This document shows, in pieces, positions 9,424 through 18,740 of a DNA stretch of 64,000 nucleotides. The translations under genes and the position numbers were made by a program. Below the pieces are notes generated by a model, which did no database searches, was not told where the DNA came from, and saw only the letters and a list, made by a program, of their open reading frames with translations. Numbering within the stretch: the first letter of the stretch is position 1; the number at the start of each line of letters is the position of its first letter. Source of the DNA: Candidatus Nanohaloarchaea archaeon (GTDB taxonomy: Archaea > Nanohalarchaeota > Nanosalinia > Nanosalinales > Nanosalinaceae). Location of the stretch: the NCBI GenBank assembly GCA_041640035.1, contig JBEQBC010000003.1, forward strand, positions 32,001-96,000. Reading direction: 5' to 3'.

Positions 9424-10605
9424 AAACTTCTTGATGAAGTCAACTTCCTTGTCATCGAAATCAAAGTCTTCAGAAATTTCAGGATTATCTTCAAGCACTT
9501 CAGCAAGGAACGGAAGCGATCTTTTTGCTTCCCTCTTTGATATATGCATTTTTTCGGATAGTTTGCCTGCTATACTGTCCATCCTGTTTCTTGCCGCGTG
9601 TGTCTGACCCATTCTCTTGATCTTTCCAGGATACTGATACTTCGTCCATCCCTTGTACTTCTCATCCTTGGATAACGCTACACCTACACTTGAGAAAAAG
9701 TAGACATACTTCAACAGTTTCCAGTGCTGTCTAATTCTGATCCTTCCGTTGAACAGATCGGCGTTGGACAACTGATCATATGCCTCAGCTACATCCTCCG
9801 GTTTCTTGTACTCCCTTGGAATATTCTCTCTGATCCACTGAAGGAATGTGTCCGCATCTTCGTCTAGATTCTCAGTTGCCTGCTTTGCGTTCTGAGGGTT
9901 TGTGGTCTTGAAGATGACTTTCAGAGAATCAAAGATCTCCTGCCGGTTATCACGCTGACTGATCGCATCCAAATCCTCAACCTCGAGCTTGTCTTTACCT
10001 AGGGCTACTGCTTCCAGATCGTTAATCGCTGAACGCATCTGACCTCCGCTCCCACGGGCAATACGCTTGACAGCGCTTTTATCATACTCTATACCTTCAT
10101 TCTCAAGTATCCGCTTCAGATGAGCTGTGATAGAGTTTGTATGAACGGAGCCCAGTTCGATAAGTTTCGCTTTGTTTCTTATACTCTGTATGTTGCTGGA
10201 ATAGGCGTCGTTGGCGGTGAGAACTACGGGAAAACGGGATTCTTTGATTATGTTGAGTAGTTCGCTGGTTCCGCCTCTGTCGGCTCTTCCCATGCCGTCA
10301 ACTTCGTCGATAAGTATAATTTTCTGTTTACCGAGGAAACTTGCCTGTCTAGTGGCTTCTTTCAGTTCGGATTTCAGTTTTTTCTTTGTCCTTACATCTG
10401 AGGCGTTGGTTTCGACTAGTTCACGGTCGTAGTCTTTGGCTAGTGCTTCCGCCATCGATGTTTTTCCTGTTCCGGCCTGTCCGTGTAGAAGTACTGGTTT
10501 GCCGCCTTTTTCCCAGTTTTCCAGCCATTTCTGTATCTCTTCTTTTTCGCTTGATGCGCCTCTGTAGTCTTCCAGGCTTTCCGGACGGTATTGTTCTACC
10601 CACAT
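9415..10605 (-). CDS. rfcL: Replication factor C large subunit
   Basis: WVEQYRP, GQAGTGKT, ETNASDVR, LIDEVDG. Confidence 0.95.
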   Translation of the reverse strand: MWVEQYRPESLEDYRGASSEKEEIQKWLENWEKGGKPVLLHGQAGTGKTSMAEALAKDYDRELVETNASDVRTKKKLKSELKEATRQASFLGKQKIILIDEVDGMGRADRGGTSELLNIIKESRFPVVLTANDAYSSNIQSIRNKAKLIELGSVHTNSITAHLKRILENEGIEYDKSAVKRIARGSGGQMRSAINDLEAVALGKDKLEVEDLDAISQRDNRQEIFDSLKVIFKTTNPQNAKQATENLDEDADTFLQWIRENIPREYKKPEDVAEAYDQLSNADLFNGRIRIRQHWKLLKYVYFFSSVGVALSKDEKYKGWTKYQYPGKIKRMGQTHAARNRMDSIAGKLSEKMHISKREAKRSLPFLAEVLEDNPEISEDFDFDDKEVDFIKKFSA

Positions 10606-10611
10606 GGTACT

Positions 10612-11562
10612 TTATTTCTGACCTATTTCTGCTAGTTTTGCAAGCATTGCTTCGATCTGGATGTCGCTGCTTCCTCCTTCGCTTATCCGGAATTCGTATT
10701 CTCCGAGCTGTTCGACTACTTCGAGTTTTTGCTGGTCGTCCAGGTCGAGGTCAAGAATTTCTCTGTGGATGGAGTCTATTATGTCGGTTCCATCGAGCCC
10801 TCTGTCAACCATCAGGTCGGTGAGCATCTCTCTCGCGTCCATGAAGCTGCCTTCAAACGCAAGGTCGAGTACTTCACGGATTTCATCCGGTCGAAGGCTG
10901 GCTGCAACGCCGTAAACATCTTCTTCCTCGATTTCGCTGTTCTGGATTGCCGCGGTCTGAAGGATGTTCGTAACTCTTCTCATATCTCCGCTGGAAACAC
11001 GCATAACGGCTTCAACAGCTTCCTCGGAGATCTTGAAGTCTTCTTTCTCTCCCAGTTTCTGAATGTACTCTGTTACATCTTCCTCTTCCAATCGGTTGAA
11101 TCTGAATACTGCGCACCGTGACTGAATCGGGTCGATGATCTTCGATGAGTAGTTGCATGAGAGGATGAACCGGCAGTTATCTGAGAACTGCTCCATAGTC
11201 CTCCTCAAGGCCTGCTGTGCATCACTTGTTAAGGAGTCGGCCTCGTCCAGGAAGATTATCTTGTAGTCTGCGTTGACAGGTTTAGTCCGGGCGAAGTCCT
11301 TGATCTTTTCTCTTACTACATCGATCCCTCGCTCATCTGAGGCGTTGGTTTCCATGAAGTTCTGCTTCCACTCATCTCCGTACAAGTCTTTGGCTAGAGC
11401 TACTGCGGAAGTTGTCTTCCCTGTTCCTGCAGGACCAGCATACAGCATGTGAGGGATAGAATCCTCCTCCACGAACGCCTGCAGTCTTTCAATTATTTTG
11501 TCCTGTCCTATTACATCGTCAAGTGTTTCCGGCCGGTATTTTTCAGTCCATATATCAATCAT
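10612..11562 (-). CDS. rfcS: Replication factor C small subunit
   Basis: WTEKYRP, GPAGTGKT, NASDERGIDVVR, FLDEAD, SRC motif. Start trimmed to MIDIW. Confidence 0.97.
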   Translation of the reverse strand: MIDIWTEKYRPETLDDVIGQDKIIERLQAFVEEDSIPHMLYAGPAGTGKTTSAVALAKDLYGDEWKQNFMETNASDERGIDVVREKIKDFARTKPVNADYKIIFLDEADSLTSDAQQALRRTMEQFSDNCRFILSCNYSSKIIDPIQSRCAVFRFNRLEEEDVTEYIQKLGEKEDFKISEEAVEAVMRVSSGDMRRVTNILQTAAIQNSEIEEEDVYGVAASLRPDEIREVLDLAFEGSFMDAREMLTDLMVDRGLDGTDIIDSIHREILDLDLDDQQKLEVVEQLGEYEFRISEGGSSDIQIEAMLAKLAEIGQK

Positions 11563-11703
11563 AAATCTGGGTTCAATCCTCCTCAAAAAACAGAAAAACT
11601 TTCCTGTTCTTTGAGCCAAAAACCTTTCATATCAGGTTCCTGACTCTTTGAATACTGATACCTGTTCTATTCTTTTATGCCTTCACACCGCAACAGGATA
11701 ACC

Positions 11704-12213
11704 ATGAAGATAGCCATAACAGGTACGCCAGGAACCGGAAAAACCACGGTCACAGACCATCTAAATACAGATTACCAGATAGTGCATCTAACAGAGTACA
11801 TTAAAGAGAACAATCTGGGCGAGCCTGTTGAAGGCGTAACCGAAGTCGATACCGAAGAACTCAAAGCAAAAATAGCCGAGGAATTTGAATCAGATGATAT
11901 CATCTTCGAAGGCCATCTCGCACACCACCTCGATGTCGACTACTGTATAGTTCTAAGATGCAAGCCGGAGATTCTTGAGGAAAGACTTTCCGGAAGAGAT
12001 TACTCTGATGAGAAAGTTAGAGAGAACATGGAGGCTGAAGCCCTTGATGTCATCCTTTCTGAATCAGTTCAACTGCATGAAAATGTTCTGGAGATTGATA
12101 CAACCGGTAAAACAGTTGATGAAGTAGTTATAGAGTTTGAAGAAGGTATTGAGAATAAGAAAACAGGTTATGGTGAAGTGGATTGGTCTGAAAGTTTTCA
12201 GGCGTTGTTCTGA
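11704..12213 (+). CDS. Adenylate kinase/ATPase, AK6/Fap7 family
   Basis: IAITGTPGTGKTT, FEGH, RL..RDYS..KV.EN.EAE. Confidence 0.9.
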   Translation: MKIAITGTPGTGKTTVTDHLNTDYQIVHLTEYIKENNLGEPVEGVTEVDTEELKAKIAEEFESDDIIFEGHLAHHLDVDYCIVLRCKPEILEERLSGRDYSDEKVRENMEAEALDVILSESVQLHENVLEIDTTGKTVDEVVIEFEEGIENKKTGYGEVDWSESFQALF

Positions 12214-12509
12214 ATCCACTCTGTAAGCTTATCTTTCTTCATAGCGCCGGAAGCTCTTGCAACTTCTTCCCCGTTCTGGATCATGAGTAATGTCGGTAGA
12301 GCTCTTACTCCATATTTTCCACCGGCTTCATCATGTTCTTCCATGTCCAGTTTTGCGAAGTTGATATCGTCGAACTCCTCTGAGACCTCCTCAAATACAG
12401 GTGCTAGTACCTTGCATGGCTGGCACCAGTCTGCCCAGAAATCTACGATCCAGGTTTCATCTGACTCAAAAGCCTCGTCAAGTTCTTCCGCTGTAAGTTC
12501 TTGTACCAT
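12198..12509 (-). CDS. trxA: Thioredoxin
   Basis: VDFWADWCQPCK active site, cis-Pro in ALPT. Confidence 0.92.
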   Translation of the reverse strand: MVQELTAEELDEAFESDETWIVDFWADWCQPCKVLAPVFEEVSEEFDDINFAKLDMEEHDEAGGKYGVRALPTLLMIQNGEEVARASGAMKKDKLTEWIQNNA

Positions 12510-12612
12510 ACACCAAAGACGGAAAACTGAGACTTAATTAACTTGCCATAACCCGGAGGTTACCAGCAAAATTAGATGTAAATATGAAAGAAGGAAGAGA
12601 AGTTTGGAGGAT

Positions 12613-13422
12613 TTATTCCTCCATGTAGACTGTACGGATCGGATAAGGGATATCGATTCCTTCCTCGTCGTACCTGTCCTTGATCAGATGTGTTAGCTCG
12701 GATGAGGCCTTCACGATATTGGACTTATGTGTGTCTGTCCAGCCTCTCAGCTTCAGGTTCACGGATGAACCTCCAAGTTCGTTTACCAGTACCTGTGGCT
12801 CTGGATCAGCTTCAACATGATCTGCATCTTCAAGAGCATTCTCAGCTATTTCTTTCGCAGTCTTGATGTCGTCATCGTAACCTACACCGACGATAACCTC
12901 GAATCTTCTGCTGCCGTACGCCGTGTTGTTCACGATTACATCGTTGTACAGCTTGGAGTTAGGTATAATCACTTTTCTACCGTCGTAGGTTCTGATGTCA
13001 GTGGCTCTGATCCGGATGTCCTGAACTGTTCCTTCCTCGCCTCCAGCTTCGATCTGATCACCGATCTTGAAAGGCCGACTGATCAGGATCATCACTCCGG
13101 AGATGAAGTTCGCGATCATATCCTGCATCGCGAAGGACAGACCCAGGCCAAGCAGTCCGACAAGGGTGGCCAGCGAACCAAGCGGGACATTATATACGCC
13201 GAGCAAGGCTATCAGGGTCAGTCCGTATACCAGGAAGGATGAGAGCTTCGAGGCTGTCTTGTAGACATGTTCGTCTACCTCGGTTCCTACGCTTCTCTTT
13301 ATCACTCTTTTAACCAGTTTATTTCCTATGTAACCTGCTAGTATTATCGCTAAGGTAAGTGCAATAGTTTTTGGAGCTATATATTCTGTGATTAGAGAGG
13401 TTATCTGCGTAATACTTGTCAT
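12613..13422 (-). CDS. mscS: Small-conductance mechanosensitive channel
   Basis: GLSFAMQDMIANFISG, RPFKIGDQI, IPNSKL. Start trimmed. Confidence 0.93.
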   Translation of the reverse strand: MTSITQITSLITEYIAPKTIALTLAIILAGYIGNKLVKRVIKRSVGTEVDEHVYKTASKLSSFLVYGLTLIALLGVYNVPLGSLATLVGLLGLGLSFAMQDMIANFISGVMILISRPFKIGDQIEAGGEEGTVQDIRIRATDIRTYDGRKVIIPNSKLYNDVIVNNTAYGSRRFEVIVGVGYDDDIKTAKEIAENALEDADHVEADPEPQVLVNELGGSSVNLKLRGWTDTHKSNIVKASSELTHLIKDRYDEEGIDIPYPIRTVYMEE

Positions 13423-13529
13423 AATTCGGGTTCGCCCGTACCTCAATTCAACTCTTGGAGTGTTATAAACCTTCAACAGCCAAGAGGTCACTCGATTTAA
13501 AAATCAGGTCAACAAACTCTACTTATTCC

Positions 13530-14381
13530 ATGGATTCAGTCGAGAAATATGTAGAATATGCCGGAGTATTCGCCTTATCACTACTCGCAGTATCAGCAGC
13601 CTACATGGTAGAACCCACACAGCCAGCTACTTTCAGCCTACTACTAACATTCCCACTTCTATACGCGTTCGTGGCCAGCATCTCGACAGAAGAATTCAAC
13701 AAAGCATCACTCATATCACTACTTTCACTCGTCCTCGCACCAGTAGACCTGTTCATGGCAGCATCAGCAGCATTCATATCATTCACATCAATCACAGTAT
13801 CATTTTTCTCCGGAGGAAACAGATTCAGGGACTTCTACAGCTCCACAGCCCTACCACTACTACTCACAGGTCTCTTACTGAGCTCAGGAATATACGCAGT
13901 ATCCACAATAAACCAGGAGTTCGGATCAACCGTAACAAATACTACAGCATCCTTCCTAGGTGGCTCAACCCAGCAAGTGGTCGAGACCACAGGAATAATC
14001 AGCATGCAGCAGGAACAACAGGCAAGAATAGTCGAATCAACAAGCAGAAGCACAGTAACACTTACACAAACAAAAGTCTTGAACGAGACAAAGGGAGAGT
14101 TCTCACAGTCACAGCTCCAGACTCTGAACCAGGCATTCGTAAACGCTCAGCAGGATATACCGCAGCAGCTTTCATCCAATATCGAGGATCAAGACCTGAA
14201 CATCGATATAGAGAAACAGGTCGAACAAATAGTAAGTCAAACCTTCACAGGCAAACTTCTCATACTTCTGATCCCGTTAATCACTCTGGCAGCATTCTCG
14301 CTTCAGCCACTGATCGGGCTTGTAACAGCCTTTATGGCTGTGATAATCACTCGTTTGATGGACGCCTGGAAAGAGGGTTAA
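13530..14381 (+). CDS. Hypothetical multi-pass membrane protein
   Basis: Several hydrophobic helices flanking a Gln-rich helical segment. Confidence 0.7.
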   Translation: MDSVEKYVEYAGVFALSLLAVSAAYMVEPTQPATFSLLLTFPLLYAFVASISTEEFNKASLISLLSLVLAPVDLFMAASAAFISFTSITVSFFSGGNRFRDFYSSTALPLLLTGLLLSSGIYAVSTINQEFGSTVTNTTASFLGGSTQQVVETTGIISMQQEQQARIVESTSRSTVTLTQTKVLNETKGEFSQSQLQTLNQAFVNAQQDIPQQLSSNIEDQDLNIDIEKQVEQIVSQTFTGKLLILLIPLITLAAFSLQPLIGLVTAFMAVIITRLMDAWKEG

Positions 14382-14419
14382 CATAGCTTGTTAAATCTTG
14401 GCAACTAGGTGATAATCAA

Positions 14420-17110
14420 ATGCCAGAAATCGCGTTCCACAGTGAAGAACAGGCCTCTGATGAACTACCAGAAGACTTCCAACCATATGTAAAGGACTGG
14501 TTCAACTCCAAATTTGAGTCACTGAGCCCACCACAGAGACACTCTTTCCAACTCATACATAATGAGGAAAACTCTCTGATCTGTGCGCCAACAGGCTCAG
14601 GTAAAACACTGTCCGCATTTCTATCAGGACTAAACGAACTCTTCCGACTAGGAGAAGAAGACGAACTGGAAGACCAGATCTACATGGTCTATGTATCACC
14701 ACTAAGAGCACTAAACAACGATATCAAAAGAAACCTGGAAGAACCACTTACAGAGATCAAAGAGAAGGCGGAAGAACAGGGATACGATGTACCGGAGGTA
14801 AGAAGCGCGGTCCGAACCGGAGATACAACAGATAAAGAGAAATCAGAAATGCTTGAAAACCCGCCACACATACTAATAACAACTCCAGAAACACTGGGAA
14901 TTCTTCTCAACTCGCCAAAGTTCCAGAACCACCTCAAAAATGTAGAGTACACAATCGTGGACGAAATCCATAGCCTATCCGAGAACAAACGCGGGGTACA
15001 TCTATCATTATCACTTGAAAGATTGGAAGAGATGGCTAACACCTCGCCGACCCGTATAGGCCTTTCAGCTACACAGGCGCCAATCAAAGAGATAGCCAAA
15101 TACCTCGTGGGCTTCCAGCCAGAAAACAGAGAAAGCTACATGAAGGAAACAGAGTACGATGAAATCTCGGCTGATGAAAAGATGCTGGAGGCAGATGAAT
15201 TCGATACCAGAGGATGCCAGATTGTTGATGTAGCAGCGTCCAAAGAGATTGATCTAGAAACAGTCTCGCCGGTTAGAGATCTGATACATACTGACCCGGG
15301 TGAGATCAGAGAGGCCATGTATGACAAGATACATAACCTGGTTGAGGAACATGAATCCACGATTATATTCACTAATACTAGAAGCGCAACTGAAAGAGTG
15401 GTGAACAATCTGAAGGAGCGGTTCCCGGATTATTACGACGATAATATTGGAGCGCATCACTCATCGATGAGCCGTGAAAAAAGACTTACAGTAGAAGAAC
15501 GGCTCAAGAAAGGCGAACTAGAAGTAGGAGTCACATCAACCTCACTGGAACTAGGAGTCGACATCGGAACAGTCGACCTAGTGCTTCAGATTGGTTCTCC
15601 TAAAGGAGTGGCCAGAGGTATCCAGAGAATCGGTCGCTCAGGACATAAAATTGGGGAAAAAGCTAAAGGAAAAATGATAGTAACCGACAGAGACGAAGCA
15701 GTCGAATGCTCAGTTCTGACAAAATGTGCAAAGGAAGACGAACTCGACAAGATACAAATACCAAGAAACGCATTAGATGTACTAGCACAGCATGTAGTCG
15801 GAATGGCATGTAACCATCGCTGGGACTTCAAAAGAGCTTTCAACACGGTAAAGCAGAGCTATTGCTATCTGAACCTTAGTGAAGAGGACTGGGATAATGT
15901 CCTGAAATACCTGTCCGGAGAATACGAGCTTGAGGATCAGAATGTCTACAGCAAGATATGGATCAACAGAGAGAAAGAACTCTTCGGCCGCTCAGGAAAG
16001 ATGACCCGTGTAATCTACATGACCAACATAGGGACAATACCTGATGAATCCGGATACGAGGTGAAGACCCGTGGAGAAGGTGAGTATGTCGGAACACTGG
16101 ACGAGGAGTTCCTGGACCGGCTGACCAAAGGCGATATCTTCACTTTGGGCGGCTCCACATACCAGTTCTCATATGCCAAAGGAATGAAAGTGTTTGTTGA
16201 TCCGAAGCCTCAGAAGAAGCCGACAGTACCTTCCTGGTACTCGGAAAGACTACCTCTAAGCTACGACCTAGGTATGAGGATGAGTGATTTCCGGGAAAGC
16301 ATAGCTGAACAACTTGAGTACGGTGCTGGAGACGACGATATCATCCAGTGGATAATGCATAACTACTACCTGGATGAGAACACGGCTAACTCCATCTTCC
16401 AGTATGTGAAAGAGCAGTACAGATTCACGGACAAGGTTTCAAACAACGAGGATATAGTGGTCGAGAAGTATATCGATGATGATAACCGTCAGAACCTGAT
16501 CTTCCAGACAACCTACGGCAGAAGAACGCATGACGCTCTTGCCCGTATAATGGCCAATATCCTCCAGGATAAGCTGAATACTAATATCGGTATGGTTATC
16601 GATGACAACGGCTTCATACTATTGACTCCACGCAGACCTATCGACCTGGAATGGCTTATCGACAGTCTTGAGAACTGTAATCCTGAGGAAGAGCTGAGGG
16701 ATGCTGTTTCGAAGACTGAGTTGATGAAGAGGCGTTTCAGGCATGTAGCCGGTAGAAGCCTGATGATCCTACGGAACTATCAGGGGGAGTCCAAGACTGT
16801 GGGCCAGCAGCAGATGAAAGGTCATTTCCTGCTTTCAACCGTCCGCAACCGGTATGATGAAGATTTCCCGATGATAAAGGAGACTTACCGGGAGATCATG
16901 GAGGACGCGATGGATATCAAACATACACTGGAAGTGATTGAAGGATTAAGAGATGATGATATAACATATGAGATGCGGGATACTGATATACCGTCTCCTT
17001 TCAGCCACAACCTGCTTCTGCAGAACAGCACCGATGTGGTGAAGATGGAGGACCGGAAACAACGGTTGGAGGAACTGCATGAGAAAGTGATGGAGAGGAT
17101 AGAAGATTAA
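14420..17110 (+). CDS. lhr: Lhr-family ATP-dependent SF2 helicase (core type)
   Basis: APTGSGKT, YVSPLRALNNDI, DEIH, GLSAT, SLELGVDIG, QRIGRSGH, LDVLAQH. Confidence 0.93.
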   Translation: MPEIAFHSEEQASDELPEDFQPYVKDWFNSKFESLSPPQRHSFQLIHNEENSLICAPTGSGKTLSAFLSGLNELFRLGEEDELEDQIYMVYVSPLRALNNDIKRNLEEPLTEIKEKAEEQGYDVPEVRSAVRTGDTTDKEKSEMLENPPHILITTPETLGILLNSPKFQNHLKNVEYTIVDEIHSLSENKRGVHLSLSLERLEEMANTSPTRIGLSATQAPIKEIAKYLVGFQPENRESYMKETEYDEISADEKMLEADEFDTRGCQIVDVAASKEIDLETVSPVRDLIHTDPGEIREAMYDKIHNLVEEHESTIIFTNTRSATERVVNNLKERFPDYYDDNIGAHHSSMSREKRLTVEERLKKGELEVGVTSTSLELGVDIGTVDLVLQIGSPKGVARGIQRIGRSGHKIGEKAKGKMIVTDRDEAVECSVLTKCAKEDELDKIQIPRNALDVLAQHVVGMACNHRWDFKRAFNTVKQSYCYLNLSEEDWDNVLKYLSGEYELEDQNVYSKIWINREKELFGRSGKMTRVIYMTNIGTIPDESGYEVKTRGEGEYVGTLDEEFLDRLTKGDIFTLGGSTYQFSYAKGMKVFVDPKPQKKPTVPSWYSERLPLSYDLGMRMSDFRESIAEQLEYGAGDDDIIQWIMHNYYLDENTANSIFQYVKEQYRFTDKVSNNEDIVVEKYIDDDNRQNLIFQTTYGRRTHDALARIMANILQDKLNTNIGMVIDDNGFILLTPRRPIDLEWLIDSLENCNPEEELRDAVSKTELMKRRFRHVAGRSLMILRNYQGESKTVGQQQMKGHFLLSTVRNRYDEDFPMIKETYREIMEDAMDIKHTLEVIEGLRDDDITYEMRDTDIPSPFSHNLLLQNSTDVVKMEDRKQRLEELHEKVMERIED

Positions 17111-17147
17111 AGAAACTCCCTGACTCAAGTATTGTTAGAGGCAACTG

Positions 17148-18740
17148 ATGATACAGCAACTGCAACAGTACTTTCTCAATCCACAGAACCTTATCGCAGC
17201 TGCCTCAATCCTTGTACTACTGAGTCTCTACTTACTGAAACCGAAACCGGAGAAAAAGATGATGCCCTCCGTAATGTTCTTCAGAGAGGAAGAAAACCCG
17301 GGCAAACTCAAACAGGGAATAAGAAAACTACTTAACAACAAGTTCCTGTTCCTACACCTACTGGTATTCTCTCTACTTGCTGTAGCGCTGGCCGACCCAT
17401 TCGTTAACTCAAGCATGGAGTCGGAAGAAGCCACAATTCTACTGGACGCAACAGCAAACACGGCAGATAACTTCGAGGACTACAGAGAATACGCAGAGAG
17501 CAACCTAGCTCCTACCACAAACCTGGTGGTTGTAGGCGACCAGATTGAAACATACACGGATCTGGAGAGATCAACTGCCTCACAGATAATTCAGGAAACA
17601 AGTTCAACTGAAATAAAAAGAGACATACAGCCTGTGATATCAGCAGCAACCAGCTTGGACGGAAACCTGTACATGGCAACCAACATGGCCTCTATAGAGA
17701 GCAGCGAAGCAGAAAGAACGATCACTTCAGCATCAAGCCAGAAATACCTTGATCTCAAAGAAACAGAGTTCTCAAACAGTCACGGAATCACCGATTACGA
17801 AATAAATAATCAGACAGCGACGATCTATGTAAAGAACTACCTTGAAGAACAGTCAGAAATAACTATACAGACAAATTCAGATAATAGAAAAATCGAACTG
17901 GAAGCTTCGGGTCTTGAACCGGTTCAGGTCCAGCTTCAGAGAGGAAGAAACAATATTACACTTGGTGAAGATGAATACGAAGTCGATAACTCGTTGTACC
18001 TCTACAGACCGCAGTCAGACTCCATCCGGGTTAGAATCTCGGATAATTTACCGTACTTCAGGGAGGCGGTGAAATCCATTCCGGAAGCGAGGATAAGCGG
18101 CTCCGAACCCGATATTGAAGCAGTTTCTGGTTCGGATATTACTGATATATCCAGAGAGGAGATAGAGAATGGTCTTGATGTAATTTACTTTTCAGAAACA
18201 GGAGTGAACTATCCAGATTATCTTCCGGTAACCTCTCTCTCAGAGGAAAACGGTGATATCGATATAAACAGGTTTGCTGAGACTACAGTTTACCAGGAGA
18301 AATACCTTTCTGGAAACATTGCTCAGGATTCTGGAAACTATACAGAACCTGCTTCAGCCATAGTAGGCAGAGAGATAGGGCAGGGGACAGTTGTGCAGTA
18401 TAACCTTCAGGGAACCGGTTTTGAGGAACAACTTGTATACCCTTTATTCTGGAGAGATGTTTTCAACCAGGTGCAGAATATTAGAACGATCTCAAGTTCA
18501 AATCCGGATACAGGATCAGCCCAACTTCAGGAGACAAAGACAGTTCAGGGATACGAGAGTATCGATGGAGATGTTTACGGTTTTTCAACTGCTGGTGTTT
18601 TCGAACCAAAAAGTATAGATATTAAGGAGGGAGATAAAATCGGTCAGAAGAAACAGTCGGTTTCACAGATGGTAGCATCGCTCATATTTGTGCTTCTAAT
18701 CCTGGAAACCGTACTGCTTTACAGAGAGAGGTTGATCTGA
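17148..18740 (+). CDS. BatA-type N-terminal double-TM protein with degenerate vWA domain
   Basis: FLNP..L....ILVLLSLYLLKPK....MPSVMF BatA pattern, ILLDATAN (degenerate DxSxS), C-terminal TM. Confidence 0.75.
   Translation: MIQQLQQYFLNPQNLIAAASILVLLSLYLLKPKPEKKMMPSVMFFREEENPGKLKQGIRKLLNNKFLFLHLLVFSLLAVALADPFVNSSMESEEATILLDATANTADNFEDYREYAESNLAPTTNLVVVGDQIETYTDLERSTASQIIQETSSTEIKRDIQPVISAATSLDGNLYMATNMASIESSEAERTITSASSQKYLDLKETEFSNSHGITDYEINNQTATIYVKNYLEEQSEITIQTNSDNRKIELEASGLEPVQVQLQRGRNNITLGEDEYEVDNSLYLYRPQSDSIRVRISDNLPYFREAVKSIPEARISGSEPDIEAVSGSDITDISREEIENGLDVIYFSETGVNYPDYLPVTSLSEENGDIDINRFAETTVYQEKYLSGNIAQDSGNYTEPASAIVGREIGQGTVVQYNLQGTGFEEQLVYPLFWRDVFNQVQNIRTISSSNPDTGSAQLQETKTVQGYESIDGDVYGFSTAGVFEPKSIDIKEGDKIGQKKQSVSQMVASLIFVLLILETVLLYRERLI

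Noticed and set aside
9415-17110. Inteins in rfcS, rfcL or lhr
   Set aside because: Normal lengths, no intein splice motifs or homing endonuclease blocks
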